DNA of 64,000 nucleotides from a virus. The notes below the pieces were generated by a model. The model worked only from the letters and a program-made list of their open reading frames with translations. It made no database searches and was not told where the DNA came from. Positions 1 through 9,269 of the stretch are shown here, in pieces. Made by a program: the position numbers and the translations under genes. The stretch's first letter is position 1. The number at the start of each line of letters is the position of its first letter. The stretch spans positions 32,001 through 96,000 of the IMG/VR virus record IMGVR_UViG_3300025137_000017; one strand, 5' to 3'.

Positions 1-1451
1 GCAATAGCATAAGCATATGCAACACGTTCCATAAATCCCTGATGTGAGCCGTCTACCTCGCTTAATGAAGTGGCATATGCACCGCCGGCGGCCTTGGGGA
101 CTGTAATTGGTGTTGGGTTAGTGGGTACATGTGATTGTTTAATTTCTGGATACGCTGCCCCGTTGGCAGGATCTTTCGCCATAAAAAATGCATTATCAAT
201 CATCAAGTCAAAACTCATTATCTCTGTATTACTTCCGTTATACAAATAGTTATATTTTTTTGTAATAGGTAAACTTTCAAATAGGGTACGTTGAAATCCT
301 CTATCATTCTGTTTTTCTTTTTGTTTCTTAGGATCGTTTTGTGGTATACTATAAGTTATATCTAGATCAACTACTAATTCAATTTCCATTTCACTTGTGT
401 CAGTAAAATCATCTGTACCATCACCAAACGTAATGTTAGGAGTTACACTGATTACTGTTCTCTTAACACCATCTGTTCTTTCCAATGCATTTAGTTCTCC
501 TAGTGCAGGAACGTTTGAGGTTAAAAACTTTCTAAGATAACTTATTAAGTTTGTTTCACTATTAATATTTGCATTGATTGTATCTTTATCATCTGTATTC
601 CTATTCTGTCCACCAGCCGTTTCGGCATTACTTGTACCAGCAATAGGTTTTGAACCTAGATCGAAACTTTCTGTTACACTTGCTTTACCATATGAATTAG
701 GTCCTGGGCCATTACTTGGTACTGCTTTACCAACTGATGTTGTAGCATTGGGTCCTAGTGTTATCTTCCAGGTATGCTTACTAACAGGATCTTTATTTTC
801 CGGTGACTTTCTGTATTCTATTTCTGATTCATTTAATTTTGCTTCTAAAAGTTTTAGGTATTGTTTTACTGTACTTGCACCTTCCACAACAATATCTGTT
901 TTTACTTTGGATAAAGCAATTGCTGTCTTTGGAGAGTTATGTGCAATAATATTATGTTGTGTTCCACTCTCATTAATTGAACTTTGAATCTGCTTAAAAA
1001 TTAGACTGTAAAAGAATTGTCCACCATATTTTATATTCTCTTTTGTTTCTGTATCTACTCCTTGAAATTCTACTTTTAAAACATACTTGGCACTCTGAAG
1101 TGTTATAAAGTTAAAGGGTCTACTATATTGTAATACTCTGTTTAAAAGTTTAAATCCTAATATCTCATACAAGTTAAATTGAAATACACCACTGGTAGTG
1201 TTACCACTTGAATTACCAGGAGTAACATAACTTATAATACTTAGGTTGTCAATAGCATATGTAGATGTTCCTCCACTTTCTGCAATTACGACTGCAAGTG
1301 GTTGTCCTGTACCATCTCTAGGAACCTCAAGGCTTGCTAAGGTATTTGGATTATTCCAGACACTAGGATGTACCAAGTATAATGTTAACTTGTATGTTGG
1401 ACTGTCAACTGATGACATCCAATTGGGTGTGATTTTTACTTGTGTTGCCAT
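1..1451 (-). CDS. Baseplate/virion structural protein (partial, runs off the left edge); possible baseplate hub
   Basis: Not in the ORF track because it is truncated. The minus frame from ATG 1451 reads MATQVKITPNWMSSVDSPTYKLTLYLVHPSVWN... and starts 1 nt after the stop of the gp53-like gene. Function inferred from synteny only. Confidence 0.6.
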   Translation of the reverse strand, partial: MATQVKITPNWMSSVDSPTYKLTLYLVHPSVWNNPNTLASLEVPRDGTGQPLAVVIAESGGTSTYAIDNLSIISYVTPGNSSGNTTSGVFQFNLYEILGFKLLNRVLQYSRPFNFITLQSAKYVLKVEFQGVDTETKENIKYGGQFFYSLIFKQIQSSINESGTQHNIIAHNSPKTAIALSKVKTDIVVEGASTVKQYLKLLEAKLNESEIEYRKSPENKDPVSKHTWKITLGPNATTSVGKAVPSNGPGPNSYGKASVTESFDLGSKPIAGTSNAETAGGQNRNTDDKDTINANINSETNLISYLRKFLTSNVPALGELNALERTDGVKRTVISVTPNITFGDGTDDFTDTSEMEIELVVDLDITYSIPQNDPKKQKEKQNDRGFQRTLFESLPITKKYNYLYNGSNTEIMSFDLMIDNAFFMAKDPANGAAYPEIKQSHVPTNPTPITVPKAAGGAYATSLSEVDGSHQGFMERVAYAYAI

Positions 1452-1452
1452 A

Positions 1453-1740
1453 TTATGTAAAGTTCGTAGGTATTTGGATCTCTAAACCCGAAACAAAATC
1501 CACTATTGGATCTTTTAGTGTGTCAGGATTAAACTCTGCGAATACCCACCATAGCCTTGCGTTTCCATAAAGTTCATGAGCAAGTTTATCAGGTTTGTTC
1601 TCATATGCAGATGTAATAGTAAATGGCTCCAATAACATTTCAGTTTTATTTCCTATACTACTTTCCATAATATCTAAGTAGCCACCATTTACAAATTTTG
1701 TAGTTCTATACATACTGTCTGTTCTATATTTTGTAGACAT
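1453..1740 (-). CDS. Baseplate wedge protein, T4 gp53 / P2 gpX (LysM-like) family
   Basis: 95 aa with motif KPDKLAHELYGNARLWWVFAEFN...GLEIQIP, typical of LysM-like baseplate proteins. Confidence 0.75.
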   Translation of the reverse strand: MSTKYRTDSMYRTTKFVNGGYLDIMESSIGNKTEMLLEPFTITSAYENKPDKLAHELYGNARLWWVFAEFNPDTLKDPIVDFVSGLEIQIPTNFT

Positions 1741-2849
1741 TAGTTAAATCCTTTTGTCAATGCTTTGCCTGTTGCGTATTCTCTAACATTAAATGTGTTC
1801 TGTACTTTTGTAGGAGTCTGTTGTATTGCTAAATCAATTGACATCACAAACTGTACAGGAATACTTGTTGAGTAATCAACTTTCCATTTCTCACTTCTTG
1901 ATTCATTACTTGGGTCTTTCTTAGAAGGATCAACTGTTACAAAGTCAACGTCTTCTGCATAGGTATAGTTCACACTTCTAACCACTACAGGAATTTTCTC
2001 TGCGTTGCCTGATCCATACGCACTAAACAAGAGTACTGGAGGTGGGCTACCTGCAGTAGCATTTCTAGTCTTTGCATCACTTAGGAAAGCACCAAAGTCT
2101 CCTTTAGTTGCCCATCTTAAAAAGTGTAGGCTTGCTAGTGAATATTCTGACTCAGCAATCGTTGTCGCTGTGAATGTTGCTGTTATCTGGATAGTTGGAT
2201 TAGGAGTATTTTGCCAATACTGTTGTTGGTAAACACTATGCGTTGTATCATAAGTTCCATAGCTGGCACTATAATTCCACATGATAGTGGGCGTATATGG
2301 AAACTGTATTCCAAATCCTGTTTTAAGAAGTGGATCCATCAATCCACCACTCATTAATTCATTGTTCTTTGCGTTTGTTGAGAATAATCTTACTCTGTTT
2401 TCACTAGGTATACCGGCTACAATTTGTGGCTTTACAGGATCAACTGGTGCTGTGTATTCCTCAAAACTATCCGGTTCCACAAAGGCTGGTCCGGATGCAT
2501 CTTGTTTCTTTTCAACTACTGGTGTCACCTCGTCTGATTCAACTTCGCCCGTTGCTACTCCGCTCCAGTCTTGGCCTAATCCATCTAATCTTTTTTGTTC
2601 AGCAATGTTTGCCTTTAGTGCCTGAGCCTCTGATGGTTTAAGTCTTCCCTGATCAACTAAAAAATCTGCTTCTTTTTCACTAACAAGGGCATAACCCCCA
2701 CTGTCTGGATTCTCGCTACCATCTTCATTAACAAACGGTTTAATTTTTACTGGAGCCCTACTTGGATCTTTGTTATCACCAGCTTTTGTGTAACTGGTGT
2801 CTTCATTTAATAACAGTTGGTTTGGGCTTATTTTTTCTAGTTTTGCCAT
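1740..2849 (-). CDS. Baseplate tail-tube initiator-like protein (tube fold) with an acidic N-terminal extension
   Basis: FPYTPTI...SPPPVLLFSAYG...IPVVVRSVNYTY pattern of tube-initiator proteins; lies directly upstream of the LysM-like wedge gene. Confidence 0.55.
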   Translation of the reverse strand: MAKLEKISPNQLLLNEDTSYTKAGDNKDPSRAPVKIKPFVNEDGSENPDSGGYALVSEKEADFLVDQGRLKPSEAQALKANIAEQKRLDGLGQDWSGVATGEVESDEVTPVVEKKQDASGPAFVEPDSFEEYTAPVDPVKPQIVAGIPSENRVRLFSTNAKNNELMSGGLMDPLLKTGFGIQFPYTPTIMWNYSASYGTYDTTHSVYQQQYWQNTPNPTIQITATFTATTIAESEYSLASLHFLRWATKGDFGAFLSDAKTRNATAGSPPPVLLFSAYGSGNAEKIPVVVRSVNYTYAEDVDFVTVDPSKKDPSNESRSEKWKVDYSTSIPVQFVMSIDLAIQQTPTKVQNTFNVREYATGKALTKGFN

Positions 2850-3460
2850 TAGCCTTTTACACGCTCCTCAATAAAATTAAAGATATCAGTATCGAACTTA
2901 CCAAAGAACTGTGTAAATAATTTTTGCTTTTCTTCTACAGGCTGCTCGCTTGCCATTACTTGTCTAAAATCTGTTGCACTCATACCACCTTCGTTAACTG
3001 GCATTGTTACAAAATAAACACGATTTTCATCTTCGGTTTGTAAGTTTGCTCTGTCATCTGGTAACTCTTGCAGTACTCCACCACTGTTTAATCTACCTGC
3101 ATCTTTCTCACTAAACGCAAGAACTGTAGCAGTATTTGACTTAGTTCTACCAACAAGTGTAACATCTGGCCTGTATGGCTGTGTGTTTACAAACCTGTCT
3201 GTAGGTATATTAAACATTTGACTGGCTATTTTTGCCTTTTCTTCAAATGTAAATGGATCTGTGCTAAAGTCACCCTTGGAATGCATTGCTTGTTGTTTTG
3301 CTCCAAAAGTAGTAGCGATAAATACATTAGAAGCACCAAATTGTGATCCTAGTTGCTTATATAAAGCATAGTGTCCTTTATGCATAGGCTGAAAACGCCC
3401 TCCATAGAACACAGTTACCTGATCTGTTGTGGCTTCATTTAATAAATCTGTATAACGCAT
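2849..3460 (-). CDS. Cytidyltransferase-like nucleotidyltransferase (HIGH superfamily)
   Basis: GGRFQPMHKGH (HxGH) and C-terminal MSATDFR motifs. Likely start is ATG 3460, after AGGAG at 3468-3472, rather than 3487. Confidence 0.8.
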   Translation of the reverse strand: MRYTDLLNEATTDQVTVFYGGRFQPMHKGHYALYKQLGSQFGASNVFIATTFGAKQQAMHSKGDFSTDPFTFEEKAKIASQMFNIPTDRFVNTQPYRPDVTLVGRTKSNTATVLAFSEKDAGRLNSGGVLQELPDDRANLQTEDENRVYFVTMPVNEGGMSATDFRQVMASEQPVEEKQKLFTQFFGKFDTDIFNFIEERVKG

Positions 3461-3477
3461 TATAAATCTCCTACTGG

Positions 3478-3485
3478 TATTTAGC
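3478..3485 (-). promoter_or_regulatory. T4-late-like promoter GCTAAATA for the leftward nucleotidyltransferase/baseplate operon
   Basis: TAAATA core ~18 nt upstream of ATG 3460; the same motif recurs before most structural genes. Confidence 0.6.
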
Positions 3486-3499
3486 ATGGAAAAAACAGG

Positions 3500-3528
3500 T
3501 TGACATGATACCTAATAGGTGTTAGTAT
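3500..3528 (+). promoter_or_regulatory. Sigma70-like promoter for the gp55-gp47-gp46 operon
   Basis: TTGACA-17 nt-TAGTAT with TGn extension. Confidence 0.7.
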
Positions 3529-3550
3529 TAGTAATAACAAAGGAATAATT

Positions 3551-4420
3551 ATGGCTAGAAACCACTATCTATCAAACAAAGAATTACTAAAAGAGATACA
3601 TCGTTCAAAACTATCCTATAGTTGGGTAAGTGATGAGAAATATGAATGGAACGATCTAATTATTAATAGTCTGGATGAGATTAATCCAGAAACAATTGCT
3701 GAAGCAAAGCAGACAAGAGCTGCTAGGATGCAAAAAGAGGCACACGAGGCACAAGTAAAATTGTGGGAAAAAGGATTATTGGAAAGAAAAACAAAGCCCA
3801 GAGCTATTGACTTTGCAGTTGATCCTGATACTATTCCAGAAACAGATATTGTATTTCGTGTTATGACATTTGAGCATGTTCCAGAAGAGCCTGGAAGAAA
3901 GAGCAATCCTAAACAAGAAGCAGATTACCACACACGTTGTAACTTCCCTCCCTTTAAACATTTTGCACTAAAAGGTAAAAAATGGAGTGAGGTAGCTAGA
4001 AGTCACTGGGAGGGTGGTAAGGATAATGGACACTTTAGTATTACAAGTGGTAATACTACTGAAAGACTTGCTAAGATGTATATCATGCTATGTCATAGAT
4101 ATAGTATGCGAGGTAACTGGCGTGGATATACATATGTAGATGAAATGCGAGGACAAGCCTTGTTACAGTTAGCACAGATAGGTCTACAGTTTAATGAAGC
4201 AAAGAGCCAAAATCCATTTGCATATTATACTGCCGCCATTAATAATAGTTTCACAAGAGTATTGAACCTAGAAAAACGTAGTCAGAATATTAGAGATGAT
4301 ATTCTTGAGGAAGAGGGATTGAATCCAAGTTTTACTAGAACATTCAATGCAGAATGGGAACAGAAGATGGCCAATATTGCAGAAGCCAATCCACAAATAG
4401 AAGAAGAGACAAAGGAATAA
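3551..4420 (+). CDS. Late-transcription sigma factor, T4 gp55-like
   Basis: HYLSNKELL, NWRGYTYVDEM and KSQNPFAYYT motifs; directly precedes gp47/gp46 as in T4-like phages. Confidence 0.8.
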   Translation: MARNHYLSNKELLKEIHRSKLSYSWVSDEKYEWNDLIINSLDEINPETIAEAKQTRAARMQKEAHEAQVKLWEKGLLERKTKPRAIDFAVDPDTIPETDIVFRVMTFEHVPEEPGRKSNPKQEADYHTRCNFPPFKHFALKGKKWSEVARSHWEGGKDNGHFSITSGNTTERLAKMYIMLCHRYSMRGNWRGYTYVDEMRGQALLQLAQIGLQFNEAKSQNPFAYYTAAINNSFTRVLNLEKRSQNIRDDILEEEGLNPSFTRTFNAEWEQKMANIAEANPQIEEETKE

Positions 4421-4423
4421 ATT

Positions 4424-5452
4424 TTGTTATTTGATGAAGTAGTAGTCTTTACCGATATCCATTTCGGTATGAAGAATAATAGTCGCCACCATAACCAAGA
4501 TTGTGAAGACTTTATTATATGGATGATTGATCAAGCAAAGGCTCGTGGTATTACAAAATGTATTTTTATGGGAGACTGGCACCATCAACGTGCAAGTATT
4601 AACGTAAGTACACTCAACTATACTATTAGTAATTTAAGAAGAATCAATGATGCATTTGAAGAAGTGTATATGATTATGGGAAATCACGATCTCTATTATA
4701 GAGAAAAACGTGAGATCAATAGTATACCAATGGCAGAAGAATATACTAATATTACTGTTGTTAATGAACTATTAGTTAAGGATGATATTGCTATTGTTCC
4801 CTGGCTAGTTGATGATGAGCATAAAGCTCTTAGAGATCTAAATGTAAAGTATATGTTTGGACACTTTGAGTTACCTAGTTTCTATATGAATGCAATGGTA
4901 CAAATGCCTGATCATGGACATGGAGTTAAAGCTGAAGATTTAACAAAACCTGAGCTTGTGTTTAGTGGACACTTCCACAAACGCCAAAGAGTAGGCAATA
5001 TTATATATACAGGCAATGCTTTTCCACATAATTACTCAGATGCATGGGACGATGACAGAGGACTTATGTTCTTAAAATGGGGAGGACAGCCAGAGTATGT
5101 TGTTTGGCCTGATGCTCCTAAATATAGAACAATATCTTTAAGTAAACTTATTGACAAACCCGAAGAAGTGTTGTCTAATAAAGTACATTGTCGTATTGCA
5201 CTAGATGTTCCTATTACATATGAAGAAGCAAACTTTATTAAAGAAACATTTGCCGCCCAATACAATCTCCGTGAGATTGCTCTTATGCCTAGCAAGAAAG
5301 AGGAACACACAAATGATTGGAATACTGGGATAGATATCGAAGTTGAGAATGTGGATCAGATAGTCCTAAGTCAGCTGGAAACAATACAAAGTGATACTAT
5401 AAAAAACGAACTACTAATCAACATATATAACGGTTTATCAATAAATGCTTAG
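4424..5452 (+). CDS. Recombination endonuclease subunit, gp47 / Mre11-SbcD-like
   Basis: Metallophosphoesterase motifs DIHFG, GDWHH, GNHD, GHF, SGHFH. Confidence 0.92.
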   Translation: MLFDEVVVFTDIHFGMKNNSRHHNQDCEDFIIWMIDQAKARGITKCIFMGDWHHQRASINVSTLNYTISNLRRINDAFEEVYMIMGNHDLYYREKREINSIPMAEEYTNITVVNELLVKDDIAIVPWLVDDEHKALRDLNVKYMFGHFELPSFYMNAMVQMPDHGHGVKAEDLTKPELVFSGHFHKRQRVGNIIYTGNAFPHNYSDAWDDDRGLMFLKWGGQPEYVVWPDAPKYRTISLSKLIDKPEEVLSNKVHCRIALDVPITYEEANFIKETFAAQYNLREIALMPSKKEEHTNDWNTGIDIEVENVDQIVLSQLETIQSDTIKNELLINIYNGLSINA

Positions 5453-7214
5453 AATCAAGAATATTACAGTAAAAAACTTCATGAGTGTGGGTAATGTCAC
5501 CCAAGCGATACAATTTGATGATCAAGGACTAACACTAGTCCTAGGTAATAACGTAGACTTAGGTGGAGACGGTTCTCGTAACGGAACAGGCAAAACTACA
5601 ATAGTTAATGCCTTAAGTTATGCACTATATGGAAATGCTCTGTATAATATTAAGAAGGATAATCTAGTTAACAAGACCAATAACAAACAAATGTTAGTAA
5701 CTGTTGACTTTGAAATGAATGGACAGAGTTATCGTATTGAACGAGGTAGAAAACCAAACTTATTCAAGTATATAGTCAATGATGTGGACAATGCATCAAC
5801 AGATGAGATGCAGGGAGAAGGTCGTGAGAGTCAAGCAGTAATTGAACGTACATTAGGTATGAGTCATACAATGTTTAAACATGTTGTGGCACTTAATACA
5901 TATACAGAACCTTTCTTAAGTATGAGAGCTAATGATCAACGTGAACTTATTGAACAATTACTTGGTATTACTAAACTTAGTGAGAAAGCTGACTTACTAA
6001 AAGATCTTGTGAAGCAGAACAAAGATAGTATTCAAGAAGAAACATATAAAATTAGAGGTACTGAAGAAGCTAATGAACGTATTGGTAGCAGTATTAAAGA
6101 TCTAGAACGCAGGCAGTCAATATGGTTTACTAGACGAGATAAAGATGTTACAGATCTCCAACAGGAACTATCAGATCTTGAGAAAGTTAATATTGATGCT
6201 GAATTACAGGCACATATTAACTTTACAGAGTTTAATACTCGTAGAACACAGATAGATACAGTAAATGGCGAGATTGCACGTTTACAAACTACTATTGAAC
6301 GTGAGCAGAAGCGTATGGATAAGGCACAAAAGGACCTGGATCATACTCTAGATCATAAATGTTATGCATGTGGTCAGGATCTACATGATGAAGCACATGA
6401 AAAGATTGTAGCAACTAAGACAGAAGCGGTTGCAGATTCAGTAAGACACATTACTTCTGACAGCGAAAAGATAAATGATTATAAGAGTGCCTTAACGGAT
6501 ATTGGTGAACTAGGCAAAGCACCTGTACTGCATTATAACACAGTACAAGAAGCATATGAACACCAAAACAAGATGAGTGCCGCAGGTACAGAGATTAAAC
6601 GTAAGCAAGAAGAACTAGATCCATATGAGGAGCAAATTGATACACTTCGCAATACTGGTTTACAAGAAATAGACTGGAGCGAAGTCAATAGACTCACAGA
6701 GCTTAAAGATCACCAGGACTTCCTATTAAAGTTGCTTACAAACAAAGACAGTTTTATCCGTAAAAGGATTATTGAACAAAACCTACAGTTTATGAATAGT
6801 AGGTTAGAGTATTATATTACTCGTTTGGGATTACCACATGAAGTGCAGTTCCAATCGGATCTAACAGTTAGTATTATACAACTAGGACAGGATTTAGACT
6901 TTGACAATCTATCTCGTGGTGAACGTAACAGACTTATATTAGGTTTAAGTTGGGCGTTCAGAGATGTGTTTGAGAGTATGAATCATCCTATTAACCTAAT
7001 ATGTATTGATGAACTTGTTGATAGTGGTATGGATACTATTGGTGTTGAGAGTGCTCTAGGAGTACTTAAAAAGATGGAGCGTGAACGTAATAAAAATATT
7101 TTGCTTATTTCTCATAGGGACGAACTTGTTGGCCGTGTTAGTAGTGTACTACAAGTCACAAAGGAAAATGGATTTACAACGTTCAGTACAGAAGTGGAAA
7201 TAGTTGACGCATAA
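5445..7214 (+). CDS. Recombination ATPase subunit, gp46 / Rad50-SbcC-like
   Basis: Walker A NGTGKTT, zinc hook CYAC within a coiled coil, signature LSRGE, Walker B ICIDE, ISH. Confidence 0.93.
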   Translation: MLRIKNITVKNFMSVGNVTQAIQFDDQGLTLVLGNNVDLGGDGSRNGTGKTTIVNALSYALYGNALYNIKKDNLVNKTNNKQMLVTVDFEMNGQSYRIERGRKPNLFKYIVNDVDNASTDEMQGEGRESQAVIERTLGMSHTMFKHVVALNTYTEPFLSMRANDQRELIEQLLGITKLSEKADLLKDLVKQNKDSIQEETYKIRGTEEANERIGSSIKDLERRQSIWFTRRDKDVTDLQQELSDLEKVNIDAELQAHINFTEFNTRRTQIDTVNGEIARLQTTIEREQKRMDKAQKDLDHTLDHKCYACGQDLHDEAHEKIVATKTEAVADSVRHITSDSEKINDYKSALTDIGELGKAPVLHYNTVQEAYEHQNKMSAAGTEIKRKQEELDPYEEQIDTLRNTGLQEIDWSEVNRLTELKDHQDFLLKLLTNKDSFIRKRIIEQNLQFMNSRLEYYITRLGLPHEVQFQSDLTVSIIQLGQDLDFDNLSRGERNRLILGLSWAFRDVFESMNHPINLICIDELVDSGMDTIGVESALGVLKKMERERNKNILLISHRDELVGRVSSVLQVTKENGFTTFSTEVEIVDA

Positions 7215-7393
7215 TGATTGATGATGATGACGATGCTGAAGGTTTCATTAGTTTGGATGACTTCAGCAACAAAGGATACAAGCAAGACGAAGAAGTTTTC
7301 ACCACAACACCTGATTATGGAATACTAGAAGTTAAGAAAGAACTAGGTGTGGATATCATACAAGAGATAAAGAAGACGTTTGAAGATGAATGA
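7214..7393 (+). CDS. Small acidic hypothetical protein (59 aa)
   Basis: ATG overlaps the gp46 stop (TAATG); reads MIDDDDDAEGFISLDDF...KKTFEDE*; fills the gap; below the ORF-track cutoff. Confidence 0.6.
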   Translation: MIDDDDDAEGFISLDDFSNKGYKQDEEVFTTTPDYGILEVKKELGVDIIQEIKKTFEDE

Positions 7394-7880
7394 ATATGTT
7401 ATTCCTTTAACTGATTTCTTGTGGAATAGACAGGACGTATTTGATATACAGGATAACCATCCTGACTATAAAGCTAATCCTCTCTGGACTAAACTAGGAA
7501 TTGATACACCAACAGATGCATTGATGTGGGATCTAATGATATATCATTCGGACTTACGAAAATTAGAAGCACGGTTTAACTGTGTAACTGATAGTAAGTT
7601 CACTAAAATACTAGCTGGTGGACACATGCCAGCACATATTGATCCACGTAGGACTGCGGTAGTTATGTTTCCATTAACAGAATATCCTAGTCCTATAACA
7701 TATTATGAAAATGAGAAAGAAATCTTTACACATCAATATGAATGTGTTACTGTTATAAATGCAAAGATACAACATGCTGTACCAAACAACCACAGGGACA
7801 GAATTTTCTTCCAAGTTAAATTAGATTTGCCTTGGGAAGATGTTGTATCGATGCATAGTGAAGGAACATTATATGACTAA
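7386..7880 (+). CDS. Putative 2OG-Fe(II) oxygenase / cupin-fold protein
   Basis: GGHMPAHID (HxD), distal QHAV and DRIFFQ (candidate 2OG-binding Arg). ATG 7386 overlaps the previous gene. Confidence 0.6.
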   Translation: MNEYVIPLTDFLWNRQDVFDIQDNHPDYKANPLWTKLGIDTPTDALMWDLMIYHSDLRKLEARFNCVTDSKFTKILAGGHMPAHIDPRRTAVVMFPLTEYPSPITYYENEKEIFTHQYECVTVINAKIQHAVPNNHRDRIFFQVKLDLPWEDVVSMHSEGTLYD

Positions 7881-8460
7881 CTACCCGTTCTTTTACTTTT
7901 ACGATTTGGAATTTGACGCAGATAAAATTTTAGAATTCGTCAACACTATTCCACAAAACCAATGGATAGGCCCACATATTGGAAATTATGATCCTGATGT
8001 TAAGGTTGAACCACATAGAGCAGACAACAAATTATGGACTGCTAATAATAGAGATACAGACTTCACAGCATGTGAAGAAATAAACAAGATTGCGAAATAC
8101 TTCGATACTTACTATACGAGTATGATGATTAAGAAAAGTATAAATGGATTCAATGCTCCGTTTCATCCTCTGATGCAAAATGCAGACTACGATAAAAAAC
8201 ATAACATTGTCCGTACATTTGATATCATTGTTCCTATACAAGGTGGCTTTATGGAAAGCCCGCTCGAAGCTATTGATACAAAGACAGGTGAACATTATTC
8301 ATTAGTACCTAAGGGTTTAGCTTTTATGGTACCAAATGATCCTAGTTGGCATTATAGTTGGTTAGAAACTATATACGATTTTAGATATACTCTTCATCTT
8401 CGTGGTGTAATGCCACAAACATATGAGAAGATAAAGGAACTATATCTTAAAAATGGGTGA
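7873..8460 (+). CDS. Hypothetical protein, possibly a divergent cupin/2OG-oxygenase fold
   Basis: Start after AAGGA. PFHP...DIIVPI...WHYS...RYTLHL spacing parallels the upstream gene, but HxD is not intact. Confidence 0.4.
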   Translation: MTNYPFFYFYDLEFDADKILEFVNTIPQNQWIGPHIGNYDPDVKVEPHRADNKLWTANNRDTDFTACEEINKIAKYFDTYYTSMMIKKSINGFNAPFHPLMQNADYDKKHNIVRTFDIIVPIQGGFMESPLEAIDTKTGEHYSLVPKGLAFMVPNDPSWHYSWLETIYDFRYTLHLRGVMPQTYEKIKELYLKNG

Positions 8461-8917
8461 TTGGAAGTATAAAAGACAGATTGTCGAGAGTCTACCGGAA
8501 GACTGTGTCGGCTTTGTATACATCATCACTAATACTATTACAGGCAAAAAGTACATTGGCAAAAAACTGGCAAAATTCGCAAAAACAAAATATAAAATGC
8601 ACACACAAAAAAATGGCAAAAAAGTTAGAAAAAAGATAAGATCAAAAATAGACTCAGACTGGCAAGAATATTATGGCTCCTCAAAGGCACTAACAGCAGA
8701 TATAGAAAACTTAGGCAAAGACAAATTTAAAAGAGAGATATTGTTCTATTGTGCCTCAAAGGCAGAATGCTCATACGTTGAAGCAAGAGAACAATTCACA
8801 CACAGGGTACTTGAAAGTGATGATTACTATAATGGTCACATACAAGTTCGTGTTCATGGCTCACATATACTAACAGAACAACTCTTAAACAATCCCACAG
8901 ACACAAAGTCAAACTAA
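8453..8917 (+). CDS. Free-standing GIY-YIG family endonuclease
   Basis: GFVYIITN...KKYIGKK, YYGSS, Glu-bearing helix (YVEARE) and YYN motif. Confidence 0.8.
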   Translation: MGDWKYKRQIVESLPEDCVGFVYIITNTITGKKYIGKKLAKFAKTKYKMHTQKNGKKVRKKIRSKIDSDWQEYYGSSKALTADIENLGKDKFKREILFYCASKAECSYVEAREQFTHRVLESDDYYNGHIQVRVHGSHILTEQLLNNPTDTKSN

Positions 8918-8924
8918 TATAGGC

Positions 8925-9245
8925 AAAGAATGCTCCGATTGGTCGTGATAGCTCGACCCACCTTGAACGCATGGGAACGCATGTTTGGATCTGGTGTAGC
9001 AAAGTGTCACTGCGTTGGTTTGACAAACCGAAATGATCAAGCTCTTCTGACAATTGAAACTTGAGGGTAGCACAAAGTCGTTGATATGGCAATGTGTGTT
9101 CCTGCGTTATTAAGCAGTAAGTAAAAAGGTACCGCGTAACCGCCTTTTCCTAGCGTTAATTAGGTTTTACTATATCGATGTGTTGACTTTGACGGGAAAA
9201 GTCGATTTTGCATTTGGCCTTATCAGGCTAAGTGTGAATGACAGA
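8925..9245 (+). ncRNA. Candidate large structured non-coding RNA (family not recognised)
   Basis: Tract without a credible gene, visibly more GC-rich than its flanks, with at least 8 stems, many containing G-U pairs on the + strand (see findings). Confidence 0.55.
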
Positions 9246-9261
9246 TCAAGGAAAAGACGTA

Positions 9262-9269
9262 CATAAATA
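9262..9269 (+). promoter_or_regulatory. Late-promoter-like CATAAATA
   Basis: Matches the recurring nnTAAATA motif; upstream of ORF 9377. Confidence 0.45.

Noticed and set aside
8796-9092. 98-aa minus-strand ORF across the RNA candidate
   Set aside because: Overlaps the GIY-YIG gene antisense, has no convincing RBS and atypical composition; the + strand stem pattern explains the region better.
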